Below are positions 8,398 through 18,448 of a DNA stretch of 64,000 bases, piece by piece; the first letter of the stretch is position 1, and every line of letters starts with the position of its first letter. The notes under the pieces were generated by a model. The model was given only the letters and a program-made list of their open reading frames with translations. It searched no databases and was not told the origin of the DNA. The translations under genes and the position numbers were made by a program. This DNA is from an uncultured Alphaproteobacteria bacterium (lineage in GTDB: Bacteria; Pseudomonadota; Alphaproteobacteria; SP197), in contig OY282363.1 in NCBI GenBank assembly GCA_958295695.1, positions 1,738,225-1,802,224 of the forward strand, in the 5' to 3' direction.

Positions 8398-9006
8398 ATG
8401 ACCGCGACCGCCGACTTCTACTACTCCCCGGGAAGCCGCTACTCGTATCTGGCGGCGACCCGGATCGCCCGCATCGAGCGCGGCGCCGGCGCCGTCTTCA
8501 ACTGGTTGCCGCTCCAGAGCAGCCGGCTGATCGGACGCGGCGGCAAGGACCCGTTCGCCGGCGAACCCCTGTCGGGCCAGTACGACTGGGACTTCCGGCG
8601 CCGGGACGCGGAGGCTTGGGCGGCCTACTACGGGGTCCCGTTCCGCGAGAGCCACGGCCGGCTTTCCTTCGACGAGGAGCTGATCGCCCGCGCGGCGCTG
8701 GCGGCCAGGAAGCAGGACGCCGTGGTCGCCATGAGCCTCCGCCTCTTCGCGATGGTTTACGAGGACGACCGGACCGCGTTGGACGCCGACGACTACATCG
8801 CTGCGGCGGAGGCCCTCGGGCTGGATGGGGCGCGCTACGCCCGGGATCTCATGAGCCGGGAGCTCGGGGGCGAGAACACGGCGTCGATCGGGGAGGCCGC
8901 CCGCCGCGGCGCGTTCGGCGTGCCGACCTTCTTCGTGGGCGAACGCATGTTCTGGGGCAACGACCGGCTGCCGCTCGTCGAGGCGGCGTTGCGGGGAGAT
9001 ATTTGA
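8398..9006 (+). CDS. 2-hydroxychromene-2-carboxylate isomerase / DsbA-like thioredoxin-fold protein
   Basis: 202 aa. DsbA/HCCA-isomerase family pattern (DFYYSPGSRYSYLA...GVPTFFVGERMFWGNDRL). Confidence 0.75.
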   Translation: MTATADFYYSPGSRYSYLAATRIARIERGAGAVFNWLPLQSSRLIGRGGKDPFAGEPLSGQYDWDFRRRDAEAWAAYYGVPFRESHGRLSFDEELIARAALAARKQDAVVAMSLRLFAMVYEDDRTALDADDYIAAAEALGLDGARYARDLMSRELGGENTASIGEAARRGAFGVPTFFVGERMFWGNDRLPLVEAALRGDI

Positions 9007-9008
9007 AA

Positions 9009-9060
9009 GGGACCGCGCCCGCAGGGGGTGGGAGCCGCTCGGCGGGCGCGCGGTCCGCGG
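9009..9060. terminator. Imperfect GC-rich hairpin between convergent genes (putative bidirectional terminator)
   Basis: gggaccgcgcccgc ... gcgggcgcgcggtcc inverted repeat lying between the HCCA-isomerase stop (9006) and the dps stop (9065). Confidence 0.35.
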
Positions 9061-9064
9061 CCGG

Positions 9065-9535
9065 TCAGCCGATCGAGGCGTTCAGCATCCAGGCCGTCTT
9101 GTCGTGCTCGGTCATGCGGCCGATCATCATGTCGGCGGTGACCTCGTCACCGGCCTCTTGCGCGGCTTCCATCGCGGCCTTGGCCGAAAGGGCGAGCCGG
9201 GCGTGGTCGCGGGCGAGATTCCCGAGCATGACGTCGGCGTCCTCGGCGCCGTCGTCCTCGTCGAGGCTGGAGAGCTCCGCGAAGGCGGCATAGCTCCCGG
9301 GCGCCCGGCGACCGATGGCGCGGATGCGCTCCGCGACCTCGTCGGCGGCGAGGAACAGCGCGTTGTACTGCTCGCCGAACATGGCGTGGAGGCTGTGGAA
9401 GCGCGGCCCGGTGACGTTCCAGTGGTAACCCTGTGTCTTGAGCATCAGGAGGTAGGTTTCGGCGAGCACGGCGCCGAGCTTGGAGGCCACCGCGCCGCAG
9501 CTGTTGGCGGATGTCGTCCGGGTTCCCTGGGGCAA
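9065..9535 (-). CDS. dps: DNA starvation/stationary-phase protection protein (ferritin-like)
   Basis: 156 aa. Dps signature residues (HWNVTGPRFHSLHAMFGEQY...DEVAERI). Confidence 0.85.
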   Translation of the reverse strand: MPQGTRTTSANSCGAVASKLGAVLAETYLLMLKTQGYHWNVTGPRFHSLHAMFGEQYNALFLAADEVAERIRAIGRRAPGSYAAFAELSSLDEDDGAEDADVMLGNLARDHARLALSAKAAMEAAQEAGDEVTADMMIGRMTEHDKTAWMLNASIG

Positions 9536-9642
9536 GGCTCTTCTCCGTTTCCTAGATTAGAATAATTCCAAATATAAGAAACGGAGCCGGCGTTTTCAAG
9601 GATCGAGCGCCGGTTTCGCACATTGCCGCGGCGGCCGGGGAG

Positions 9643-10767
9643 CTACGAGGCGCTGTCGCGGGTCTCGCGGAGGCTCCTTCCCAGCCGCGCGCAGCCCTCC
9701 TCGATCTCGTCGAGGCCGGGAAAGCCGAAGGCCAGGCGGATGAAGGGTCCGGCGTCGCCCCGGACGTGAAAATCCGAGCCGTGGGCGACATCGACGCCGT
9801 TGCGGTTGCCTACGGCCCGGAACGCGCCGGGATCGACATCGTCCGGCAGCCGCACCCAGACGAAAAGGCCGCCGGGGGGATTCGTCACCGCGCACTCGTT
9901 TCCCAGGTGCCGGCGCAAGCCGTCGACCATGGCGTCCCGCTTGGCCCTGAGCGCGACATTCGCCATCTCGACGTGCTCCCAGAGGCGGTCGCGCAGGTAT
10001 TCGTGCGTGACGGCCGAGGCCAACGTGTTCGGGCCGGCGTCCATGCGCTTGGCGACGATCCGCTCCAGCATCGGCGGACGGGCGACCAGATAGCCCAGGC
10101 GGACGCCCGGAGCGAAAATCTTGGAGAGGGAGCACAGGTAGATCTGGCGCGGGTCGTCGTCGAGGGCATAGAGGGCCGGCGGCTTGTCGCCATCGTAATG
10201 CACGTCGCCGTAGCAGTTGTCCTCCACGATCGGGATGTCGTGCTCGCGCGCGAGCTCGATCATGCGCAGGCGGCGGTCGGTGGGCAGCACCGCGCCCGTC
10301 GGGTTCTGGTAGGTCGCCAGCGTGTAGATGAAGCGCGGTTTGCGTCCGTCGTCGGCGAGACGGTTCAGCGTGTCGGCCAGCGCGTCCATCCGCATGCCGC
10401 GTTCGTCGAGCGGCACGCCGACCATCTCGATCCCCGACTCCCGGTACGCCCGGATCGTGCCGACGTAGCAGTACTCCTCCATCACCACGATATCGTCGCG
10501 GCCGTCGCGGAGGGCGTCGGTGGCGAGCATGATGGCCTGCATCGATCCGTTGGTGACAAGCATGTGGCCGGGATCGACCGCGACGCCCTCCCGGTCGAAC
10601 TCGCGCCGGGCCATCAGCATGCGAAGGCCCTCGTGGCCCAGATCGCCCGGATAGGTGTTGAGCCCGACGGTCAGGTCCGAGACGGCGCGCCGGGCCGCTT
10701 CGGCGAAGGCTTCGGTGGGAAAGGTCCCGGGGTTCGTGTTGCCCGTGGCGAAACCGATCGCGTCCAT
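9643..10767 (-). CDS. PLP-dependent aminotransferase, class I/II fold
   Basis: Start at MDAIGFATGN within ORF 9643..11220. It has SLSKIFAPGVRLGY (the PLP-lysine region) and a typical AspC/MocR-type layout. Confidence 0.8.
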   Translation of the reverse strand: MDAIGFATGNTNPGTFPTEAFAEAARRAVSDLTVGLNTYPGDLGHEGLRMLMARREFDREGVAVDPGHMLVTNGSMQAIMLATDALRDGRDDIVVMEEYCYVGTIRAYRESGIEMVGVPLDERGMRMDALADTLNRLADDGRKPRFIYTLATYQNPTGAVLPTDRRLRMIELAREHDIPIVEDNCYGDVHYDGDKPPALYALDDDPRQIYLCSLSKIFAPGVRLGYLVARPPMLERIVAKRMDAGPNTLASAVTHEYLRDRLWEHVEMANVALRAKRDAMVDGLRRHLGNECAVTNPPGGLFVWVRLPDDVDPGAFRAVGNRNGVDVAHGSDFHVRGDAGPFIRLAFGFPGLDEIEEGCARLGRSLRETRDSAS

Positions 10768-10778
10768 GGGCCGAACCT

Positions 10779-11524
10779 CTATTCGGCGGCGCCACGGACC
10801 GCGTCCAGAGCCGGCGAGGGGCCGAGCCAGCGGTCGATGAAACGGGGCACCCAGACGTCGACCAGACGGTCGTATTTCTCGGCGTTCGCGAGCTGCTCGT
10901 CGGGCTGCTGGGCGCCGCGTTCCTCCAGCAGGTGGGACGCCTCGGTCGTCCAGAACCTGATGATGTCGAGCGTGCATTCGGGGTGGAACTGCACTCCGTA
11001 GACGCTGCCGTCGGTCCGGTACATCTGGTGCGGGAAGAGGCCTGAGACGCCGCGGGCCAGAAGCTCGCAGCCCGCGGGAAGGTCGAAGCCCTCGCTGTGC
11101 CACTGGTAGAAATGGCGCGTGTCGCCCAGGAGATCGTCGCCGGCGCCGGTCGGCGCGATCTCGGTGAACCCGATCTCGTGCCAGCCGTCGTCGTGGGGCT
11201 TCACGGCGGCGCCGAGGCAACGCGCCAGCATCTGCGCGCCGAGGCAGACGCCGAGGAACGGCGTGCCGGCCTCGAGCACCCGGTCGATCCAGGCCAGTTC
11301 CCCGGCGATGAAATCGAGCGTCGAATCGTCGTTGGCGCTCATCGGCCCGCCGAACACGACGGCGCCGGCGACCTCGTCGAAGCTCTCGGGCAGGACGTCG
11401 CCTTCCTTCGCGCAGCAGCGGATCTCCTCGAATCCGCTGTCGCGGATGCCGCGACCGATGCGGCCGGTGTTCGATTCCGCGCCGTGAACGACGCAGATGA
11501 CCTTGTTTTTCATGGCCGCGGAGT
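10779..11524 (-). CDS. Class I glutamine amidotransferase (GuaA-N-terminal-like)
   Basis: Start at MKNKVICVVHGAE. Catalytic GVCLGAQ...HPE motifs of a GATase1. Confidence 0.75.
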
Positions 11525-11566
11525 GTCGCGATCCGCGGCCCGCCGTCAACCGGCTGTCCCGTGGAT

Positions 11567-12796
11567 TCAGGCGGTCGCCGCGGGGCTCTCGGCTTCGAGC
11601 TGGCGGACCTCGAAGCCCGCGGCCGAAAGCTTGCCCATGATGTCGGCGATGTGGTCCCGGCCGAGCGTCTCCAGCACGACGTCGAGGTCGGCCTGCTTGA
11701 CGGGCAGGCTCGAGAAGGCGCGTTGGTGAAAGACGTCGATGATGTTCGCGTCGCAGCCTCCGATGATGCCGGCGATCCTGGCCAGCGTGCCCGGCGCGTC
11801 GGGAATCTCGATGCGGAGCCGAACCATGCGTCCGTCGCGCACCAGCCCGTGCTCGATCACCGCCGAGAGGATGCGGCTGTCGATGTTGCCGCCCGAAAGC
11901 ACCAGGCCGACCTTCTTGCCGGCGAACCGGTCGGAGTGGGCCAGCAGGGCCGCCAGGGAGGCCGCGCCGCCGCCTTCCGAGACGGTCTTCTCGATTTCCA
12001 GATAGGTCTGCACCGCACGTTCGAGCTGGTTCTCGGTCACGAGGACGATGTCGGAGACGAGTTCCCTGACGATCGGAATGGCGGCCTTGCCGGGCGTCTT
12101 CACGGCGATGCCGTCGGCGATGGTGCGCCCGCCCGCCTTCACGTCGAGCCCCTGGAGCGCCTGGCGCATCGACGGGAACATGGCGGCCTCCACGCCGACC
12201 ATTTCGATGTCGGGGCGCATCGCCTTGGCCGCGGTGGCGATGCCGCCGATCAGTCCGCCGCCCCCGATCGGCGCGACGATGACATCGAGGTCGGGCGCGC
12301 ATTCGAGCATCTCCAACCCGACCGTGCCCTGCCCGGCCATGACTTTCTCGTCGTCGTAGGGATGCACGAACGTCAGGTTCTCGTCGGCCGCGACCTTCCG
12401 GGCGGCGACGGCGGCCTCGTCGATCGTCTCGCCCGAAAGCACGACGCGGGCGCCGAAGCGCCGGGTGTTCTTGACCTTCACCGCCGGCGCGCCCTCGGGC
12501 ATCACGATGGTCGAGGGAATGCCGAGCCGCTGGGCGTGGTAGGCCACGGCCTGGGCGTGGTTGCCGGCCGACATGGCGATCACGCCGCGCGCCCGTTCCT
12601 CCTCGGAGAGCGACGACATCTTGACCAGGGAGCCCCGGTCCTTGAACGAGGCCGTGAACTGCTGGTTCTCGAACTTCACGTGGACCTGGGCGCCGCTGAT
12701 CTCCGAGAGCGTGCGCGACAGCGTGCAGGGCGTCCTGACGATCTGGCCCTCGAGAAGCCGGGCGGCGTCCCGGATGTCGGCGAGCGTCACGGCCAT
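11567..12796 (-). CDS. ilvA: Threonine ammonia-lyase (threonine dehydratase) with C-terminal ACT-like domain
   Basis: 409 aa. PLP fold-type II motifs (FENQQFTASFKDRG; SAGNHAQ; GGGGL). Confidence 0.85.
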   Translation of the reverse strand: MAVTLADIRDAARLLEGQIVRTPCTLSRTLSEISGAQVHVKFENQQFTASFKDRGSLVKMSSLSEEERARGVIAMSAGNHAQAVAYHAQRLGIPSTIVMPEGAPAVKVKNTRRFGARVVLSGETIDEAAVAARKVAADENLTFVHPYDDEKVMAGQGTVGLEMLECAPDLDVIVAPIGGGGLIGGIATAAKAMRPDIEMVGVEAAMFPSMRQALQGLDVKAGGRTIADGIAVKTPGKAAIPIVRELVSDIVLVTENQLERAVQTYLEIEKTVSEGGGAASLAALLAHSDRFAGKKVGLVLSGGNIDSRILSAVIEHGLVRDGRMVRLRIEIPDAPGTLARIAGIIGGCDANIIDVFHQRAFSSLPVKQADLDVVLETLGRDHIADIMGKLSAAGFEVRQLEAESPAATA

Positions 12797-12886
12797 GACC
12801 GGGCTCCTTGCGAATCGGGCGCGGAGCGTGCCGAAAGCGGGACGCCCATGCGTGCCCGGATGCGACCCGCCGGGGTCGCGGAGAAA

Positions 12887-14506
12887 TCAGGACCTCGCGC
12901 CGGCCAGGGCCTCGGGCGTGTCGATATCGACGAGAACGGAATCGTCCGCCATCTCGACTTCGGCGACGAGGTCCTCGTTCTCGCCGATGAGGTGGCGGGC
13001 GCCGGTGTCGCCCGTGACGGCGGCCATGGCCTCGAAGAACCGTCGGTCCCAGAGAACGGGATTGCCGCGCTTCCCGTCGTGGGTCGGGACCACGATGGCG
13101 CGGCCCTCGACGGGATCGTAGGCGGCGACGAGCCGGGCGATGGCGTCCGCCGCGACCCCGGGCATGTCGCCCAGCGCCACGATGACCGCGTCGATATCGG
13201 CCGGCAGGGCGGCCAGCCCCGTTCGCAAGGACGTGCCGAGGCCGGCGGCGAAGTCCTCGTTGCGGACGACCGTCAGGTCGCGGCCCTCCAGGGCCGCCTC
13301 GACGGCTTCGGCCTCGTGACCGGTCACCGCGGTCACCGTCGCGATCCCGGCCTCGATCAGGGCGTCGACGGTGTGGCGCACCATGGGTCTGCCGCCGATC
13401 TCGACGAGGAGCTTGTTGCGCGATCCCATGCGGCGGCTCTGTCCGGCCGCCAGGACGATCGCGGCGATGCGGGGAGGGCGGCGAGCCCGGTCCCCGGCGT
13501 CCTCGGGCGCGGCGCGCGGCCTCGGCCGCAGCGGGATTTCCTTGAGCAGGCCGCCGACCCCCATGGCCGCGATGTCGCGGCCGGTGACGCGCAGGCCCGC
13601 GGCGATACGCCGCAGGACCCAATCGAAACCGTTGAGCTTGGGCGAGCGGGCGCAGCCGGGAAGGCCGACGATCGTGGTCGTCCCCAGATGTCCCAGCAGC
13701 AGCAGGTTGCCGGGATCGACCGGCATCCCGAGGCGATCGACCGAACCGCCGGCCCGTTCGATGGCCGCCGGGATCACGTCGCGCCTGTCCGCGATGGCCG
13801 ATGCGCCGCAGATCAGGACCAGATCGTGGCGGGCGGTCTCCTCGGCGATCCGGTCGGCGAGGATGTCGGTCCTGTGGTCGATGCGGACCTGGCCGTCCAG
13901 CGCCAGCCCGAGGGCCGCCAGACGGTCGGCCACGACCCCGGCGGTCTTGTCCAGGACACGGTCCTTGACGGCGGCCGTCCGGGTCATGATGAGCGCCGCG
14001 CGGCGGAGCTTGAAGGGCGCGACGCCGATGACGCGGCCGGAGACGCGCGCCGCGACGAGGCAGCGGTCGAGGACGTCGCCCTGGACCGCGAAGGGGATGA
14101 TCTTGACGGTGGCGACCATCCGGCCGGCCGACACCGCCTCGAACGGGGGCAGCGTCGCCACGGTCACGGCTTCGTCCGTCCCGTTGACGGCGTCGATCGC
14201 GGCGGCGTCGATCGCCGCGATACCGGATTCGGTCGCAAGGAGGTTGGCGCGGCCCGTGAAGGGCCGCTGGACCCGGATGGACGGCCCCGCCAGCGCGTCG
14301 GCCAGCATCCGCGCGGCCTCGTCCTCGTGGATATCGCCCTCTTCCAGGCGCGCGACGGTGACCGACTCCACCCCGGCCCGCCGGAGGCCCTCGACATGCG
14401 CGGCGTCCAGACGCAGGCCCTTCTTCAGAGTTTCTCCGCCGTAGCGCGCGCCGTGGACCAGGATCGCCCCAGCGGCCTCGCCCACGGGAATGCCGCCGAA
14501 CTTCAC
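12887..14506 (-). CDS. Molybdopterin-binding (MoeA/CinA-like) domain fused to MobA/MocA-like nucleotidyltransferase (molybdenum cofactor cytidylyl/guanylyl-transferase family)
   Basis: GTG start at 14506, overlapping the xdhC stop. A MoCF-biosynthesis domain (GMPVDPGNLLLLGHLGTTTIVGLPGCARSP) is followed by an NTP-transferase domain (AAIVLAAGQSRRMGSRNKLL...ALGDMP). Confidence 0.6.
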   Translation of the reverse strand: MKFGGIPVGEAAGAILVHGARYGGETLKKGLRLDAAHVEGLRRAGVESVTVARLEEGDIHEDEAARMLADALAGPSIRVQRPFTGRANLLATESGIAAIDAAAIDAVNGTDEAVTVATLPPFEAVSAGRMVATVKIIPFAVQGDVLDRCLVAARVSGRVIGVAPFKLRRAALIMTRTAAVKDRVLDKTAGVVADRLAALGLALDGQVRIDHRTDILADRIAEETARHDLVLICGASAIADRRDVIPAAIERAGGSVDRLGMPVDPGNLLLLGHLGTTTIVGLPGCARSPKLNGFDWVLRRIAAGLRVTGRDIAAMGVGGLLKEIPLRPRPRAAPEDAGDRARRPPRIAAIVLAAGQSRRMGSRNKLLVEIGGRPMVRHTVDALIEAGIATVTAVTGHEAEAVEAALEGRDLTVVRNEDFAAGLGTSLRTGLAALPADIDAVIVALGDMPGVAADAIARLVAAYDPVEGRAIVVPTHDGKRGNPVLWDRRFFEAMAAVTGDTGARHLIGENEDLVAEVEMADDSVLVDIDTPEALAGARS

Positions 14507-15186
14507 GCGAGCTTTCCCCGCTGCGCGGCGACGACTTCGGCCATGATGGAAAGGGCGATCTCGGCCGCCGTCTTCGCGCCGATGTCGAGGCCGACCGGAC
14601 CCTTGACGCGCGCGACCGCGCCGTCCGGGAATCCGGCCTCCTTCAACCGTTCGATACGCCGAGCATGGGTCCGCTTGCTGCCCAGCGCTCCGATGTGGAA
14701 GACGGGCGCCGAGAGCGCGAAGCGAAGCGCGGGATCGTCGATCTTGGGGTCGTGGGTCAGCGTCACCACGGCGGTCCGGCGATCGGGCCGGAGCTCGGCG
14801 AGCGCGTCGTCGGGCCAGGCGTCGAGCAGGACCGCGCCGGGAAAGCGCTCCGTATCCGCGTAGGCGCGGCGGGGGTCGATCACGGTCACCGCGTATCCGA
14901 CGGCGCGGGCGAGGGCGGCGAGCGGTTCGGCGATATGAACCGCGCCGACGACGATCAGGCGCGGGGGCGGGTTGAAGACGTGGAGGAAGAGAGGCCGGCC
15001 TCCGATCTCGACGCTTGCCGAACGGTCGGACGCGAAGGCTTCGGCCACGGCTTCGGCGATCGCCGCGCCGGGCGCTTCTCCGGGCGCGATCAGCGTTTCG
15101 TCGCCGGTATCGAGCCAAGTGGCCAGCACGACCGGACGTTTGTCGCGCCGCGCGTCGTTGAGCGCCATGAGGGTCCGGGGGTTCAT
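14503..15186 (-). CDS. XdhC/CoxI-family accessory protein, Rossmann-like C-terminal domain
   Basis: Start at MNPRTLMALND. Motifs LIVVGAVHIAEPLAALARAVGYAVTVIDPR and HDPKID are typical of XdhC. Confidence 0.7.
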   Translation of the reverse strand: MNPRTLMALNDARRDKRPVVLATWLDTGDETLIAPGEAPGAAIAEAVAEAFASDRSASVEIGGRPLFLHVFNPPPRLIVVGAVHIAEPLAALARAVGYAVTVIDPRRAYADTERFPGAVLLDAWPDDALAELRPDRRTAVVTLTHDPKIDDPALRFALSAPVFHIGALGSKRTHARRIERLKEAGFPDGAVARVKGPVGLDIGAKTAAEIALSIMAEVVAAQRGKLA

Positions 15187-15512
15187 CCGACGCGGGACAC
15201 GAAAACCCTGACGGTTCCGCCGCAGGTCAACCCGACCTCCCAGGCCCGCTCGTTGCTGACCGAAAACTCGAGGGTCCGCGCCCTGCCGTCGCCGATGGCG
15301 GCCCGCGCTTCGCCGATGACCGCGCCCTCGATGCATCCGCCGGAGACGGAGCCCCGGAACGCGCCGTCCTCGCGCACGACGAGCTGGCTGCCCACCGGAC
15401 GCGGGCTGGACCCCCAAGTGTGCGTCACCGTCGCCAGGGCGACACGGCGGCCCTCGCCGATCCAGGCCTCCGCGGTTTCGAGCGCGTCGTCGTTCAGGCC
15501 GCTTTCAGCCAC
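15183..15512 (-). CDS. XdhC/CoxI-family N-terminal domain protein (split from the C-terminal domain gene)
   Basis: C-terminal 110 aa of ORF 15183..16541 from a GTG start: ALATVTHTWGSSPRPVGSQLVV...GSVSGGCIE. Its stop overlaps the start of the XdhC C-terminal-domain gene by 4 bp. Confidence 0.5.
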   Translation of the reverse strand: MAESGLNDDALETAEAWIGEGRRVALATVTHTWGSSPRPVGSQLVVREDGAFRGSVSGGCIEGAVIGEARAAIGDGRARTLEFSVSNERAWEVGLTCGGTVRVFVSRVG

Positions 15513-16699
15513 GCTTCCATCTCCCTGTCCGCGACGCGGTCCGGCCCGGCCAGGGCGTCGGCCAGCTCTTCCAGACTCTTGAGATTGTGGCACGTCCGGA
15601 AGGCGTCCACATGGGGCAACATCGTGCGGATACCCCAGGAACGGGGCTCGAAACCGCGCCAGCGCAGCAGCGGGTTGAGCCAGACGAGCTTGCGGCAGGA
15701 GCGATGCAACAGCGCCATCTCCCGGCCCAGACCGCCGTCGGCGTCGCGGTCGAGACCGTCGGTTACGAGGACCGCGACAGCGCCCTGGCCCAGGACCCTC
15801 CGGCTCCAGAACCGGTTGAACCGATGGAGGCACGCCCCGATGCGCGTGCCGCCGGACCAGTCGTCGACACGCCGGGCGACGAGCGCCAGCGCCTTGTCGA
15901 TATCGCGGTGCCTGAGGTCGCGCGTGATGTTGGTGAGGCGCGTCCCGAAGGCGAAAGTGTGGACGCGATGGCGGTCGTTCGTGAGCGCATGGGCGAAGTG
16001 CACCAGCATTCTGCTGTATCCCGTCATCGAGCCCGAGACGTCGCAGAGGAGAACCAGCACGGGCGGCCGGCTGTCCTGGCGCGCGCGACGGAGCGGGATG
16101 AGGCCGGCGGGGTGGCGTGTCGCGTCGCGCAGGGTCCGGCGCAGGTCGATGCGGTCGCCGGCCGGCGCGGACGCGAGGCGGCGCATCGGGACGCGGTCGA
16201 GATCGAGGCGCATGCGCGCGACGATCCGTTTCGCCCGCTCGATCTCGTCCGCCGACATGTCGTCGAAGTCCATGGCGCGCAGGGCGTCCCGTTCGGAGAA
16301 GGTCATGGTCATGTCGGACTCGACGTCGTCGCGTTCGGGCGGCCTGTCGTTGTCGCCCAGCCCCATCGCGTCCGCGGCGCGGCGGGCGACCGGGGCGCGT
16401 TCGTCCTCGCGCTCCGCGGCCGGCGGCGCCAGACCGAGCAGGCGTTCCAGAAGCTTCGGGTCGCGCCAGAACAGGTGAAAGATCTGGTCGAACAGCGCGC
16501 GCTGCTCGCGCCGGTGAACGAAGAGCGCATGGAGCGTCCAATAGAAATCGTCGCGCCGGTCGAGCCCCGTGAGGCGAACCGCGTCGAGGGCGTCGATCAC
16601 GCCGCCGGGCCCGACGGGCAGGCCCGCCGCCCTCAATGTCCGGGCGAAATGCAGGATGTTGTCGGCCAGACGGCCGCCCGCGTCCGGTTCCGCGCTCAT
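15494..16699 (-). CDS. coxE: VWA-domain protein, CoxE-like
   Basis: 401 aa. vWA MIDAS motif (VLVLLCDVSGSM) and CoxE-family architecture. Confidence 0.8.
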   Translation of the reverse strand: MSAEPDAGGRLADNILHFARTLRAAGLPVGPGGVIDALDAVRLTGLDRRDDFYWTLHALFVHRREQRALFDQIFHLFWRDPKLLERLLGLAPPAAEREDERAPVARRAADAMGLGDNDRPPERDDVESDMTMTFSERDALRAMDFDDMSADEIERAKRIVARMRLDLDRVPMRRLASAPAGDRIDLRRTLRDATRHPAGLIPLRRARQDSRPPVLVLLCDVSGSMTGYSRMLVHFAHALTNDRHRVHTFAFGTRLTNITRDLRHRDIDKALALVARRVDDWSGGTRIGACLHRFNRFWSRRVLGQGAVAVLVTDGLDRDADGGLGREMALLHRSCRKLVWLNPLLRWRGFEPRSWGIRTMLPHVDAFRTCHNLKSLEELADALAGPDRVADREMEAWLKAA

Positions 16700-17616
16700 T
16701 GCGCGGCGGCCCCGACCGTCATGTCGCGGCGAAGCCGGTCGAGCAGCAGGGCCGCCTCGGTCCCCTTCACGCGCTCGATGTCGTCCTGGTACTTCAGCAG
16801 CACGCCCAGCGTATCGTCGACGATCGCGGGATCGAGCGTCATCGCGTCGAGGTGGACCAGGGCCCGCGCCCAGTCGAGGGTTTCCGCGACGCCCGGCAGC
16901 TTGAAGAGGTCCTTCGCGCGCAGGGCCTGGACGAAGGCCACGACTTCCGATGAAAGCCGCTCGGCGCAGTCCGGCGCCTTGCGCCGCAAGATCTCGAGTT
17001 CCCGTTCGGCGGTGGGATAGTCGACCCAGTGGTAGAGGCAGCGGCGCTTGAGCGCGTCGTGGATTTCACGTGTCCGGTTCGACGTGATGACGACGACCGG
17101 CGGCTCGGCCGCCTCGATGGTGCCGAGTTCGGGAATCGTCACCTGAAAGTCGGACAGCACCTCGAGAAGGTAGGCCTCGAACGGCTCGTCGGTCCGGTCC
17201 AGTTCGTCGATGAGCAGGACCGGGGGGCCGGACTCGTGGGGCTGGAGCGCCTCGAGGATCGGCCGCTTGAGGAGAAAGTCGTTGCTGTAGATGTCGTCCG
17301 CGACGCCCTGGCGGTCGACCGCTCCGCCGGCCTCGGCGAGCCTTATCTCGATCATCTGGCGGGGGTAGTTCCACTCGTAGACGGCGTGCGCGATGTCGAG
17401 GCCTTCGTAGCATTGGAGCCGGATCAGATCGCGCCCGAGCGCCGTGGCCAGGACCTTGGCGGTCTCGGTCTTGCCGACGCCGGCCTCGCCTTCCAGGAAC
17501 AGGGGCCGGGTCATGGTCAGCGCCAGATAGATCGTGCTCGCCAGGCTGCGGTCCGCGATGTAGTCGGCGGATTCGAGCAGGGCCGCGGTGCGGTCGATGG
17601 AACGGGGGAGGGGCAT
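16696..17616 (-). CDS. coxD: MoxR-family AAA+ ATPase, CoxD-like
   Basis: 306 aa. Walker A (LEGEAGVGKT) and Walker B (VLLIDELDR). Its start overlaps the coxE start region by 4 bp. Confidence 0.85.
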   Translation of the reverse strand: MPLPRSIDRTAALLESADYIADRSLASTIYLALTMTRPLFLEGEAGVGKTETAKVLATALGRDLIRLQCYEGLDIAHAVYEWNYPRQMIEIRLAEAGGAVDRQGVADDIYSNDFLLKRPILEALQPHESGPPVLLIDELDRTDEPFEAYLLEVLSDFQVTIPELGTIEAAEPPVVVITSNRTREIHDALKRRCLYHWVDYPTAERELEILRRKAPDCAERLSSEVVAFVQALRAKDLFKLPGVAETLDWARALVHLDAMTLDPAIVDDTLGVLLKYQDDIERVKGTEAALLLDRLRRDMTVGAAAQ

Positions 17617-17649
17617 GAGCCGCCAAGGCCGGAAGCGCCGGGAAGACGG

Positions 17650-18000
17650 CTATTTTTGCACCCAGTCGCCGCTTGCGTCCATGTAGTAGCCGCCGGCGGG
17701 CAGGCTCTGGATGATTTTCTCGCCGGCCACGATCTCGACCGCCCGAAGCGACGCGCCGTTCTTGTCGGCCGGCTCTTCGTATCTGGCGCGGCGCCGCCCG
17801 TTGACGTCGGCCATCGGATCGAGCGCCCAGCCGGGCGCCGAGGGGTCGCGCGGGGCGAGGTAGCCGTCGGGGCGTTCGCCGAGATAACCCGAGGCGCGCG
17901 CCTCGCCGAGGCTCTGCGCCCGGGCCGCGCCGGCGGACGCCAGCATCGCGCCGGCCGCGATGGCGAGGAAGGAACGGCGCGGGAGATCAGAACGACTCAT
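17650..18000 (-). CDS. ydbL: YdbL-like periplasmic protein (DUF1318)
   Basis: Signal peptide, then a GYLGE...GYLA motif and a C-terminal GDWVQK, matching the E. coli YdbL pattern. Positioned after the ynbE-like gene. Confidence 0.6.
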   Translation of the reverse strand: MSRSDLPRRSFLAIAAGAMLASAGAARAQSLGEARASGYLGERPDGYLAPRDPSAPGWALDPMADVNGRRRARYEEPADKNGASLRAVEIVAGEKIIQSLPAGGYYMDASGDWVQK

Positions 18001-18190
18001 CGTCGTCCTCCAGGAGATCTTCGATGTCCTTCTCCAGCTTCACGCGAACCTCCCGCTCGATCTTGACGTTGAGATCGATCACGATCGGGTCCTTGGGCGC
18101 CTCGACGCGAACGGTCGGCTGGAAGGCCGCCATGAACAGCGCGACCAACGCCGCTTGATACGTGGGAAGGGTTCTTCGAGAGGACCGCAT
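17987..18190 (-). CDS. ynbE: YnbE-like small lipoprotein
   Basis: 67 aa. VRVEAPKDPIVIDLNVKIEREVRVKLEKDIEDLL closely resembles E. coli YnbE (EVAAPKEPITINMNVKIEHEIHIKVDKDVEALL). Confidence 0.7.
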   Translation of the reverse strand: MRSSRRTLPTYQAALVALFMAAFQPTVRVEAPKDPIVIDLNVKIEREVRVKLEKDIEDLLEDDDESF

Positions 18191-18230
18191 GACATCGTCC
18201 GTTCGCGGATGGCGACCCTGGAACGCGATC

Positions 18231-18251
18231 GGAATTTCCTAGTTTAGGGTC
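18231..18251. repeat. IS left terminal inverted repeat
   Basis: ggaatttcctagtttagggtc is the exact reverse complement of 19909..19929. Confidence 0.8.
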
Positions 18252-18448
18252 TTTATATCTGGGCGGTTGACTCTGCGCCGCCAAGGATTCCAAGCTCCCT
18301 CCATCGCCAAACCAACCATGGGACGCCCCTGCGTCGGGCTGCCCGTGAATACAAGACCGTGCGAGCGGGAATCAGCGGGGACCCTGAAACCCATGGTTGT
18401 TTGGCGACCGGCCCGGCACTCCCGCCGGCCGGAACGCTGGAGCGAGTC

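Noticed and set aside
11561-14863. 1100-aa ORF on + strand (also 10779..13622 N-terminal extension; 47149..50079; 52180..55869; 52242..55838)
   Set aside because: Very long, stop-free, GC-driven frames antisense or offset to well-supported genes (ilvA, moeA/mobA-like, ppk1, the GS-like gene, livMG). They have no domain signatures.
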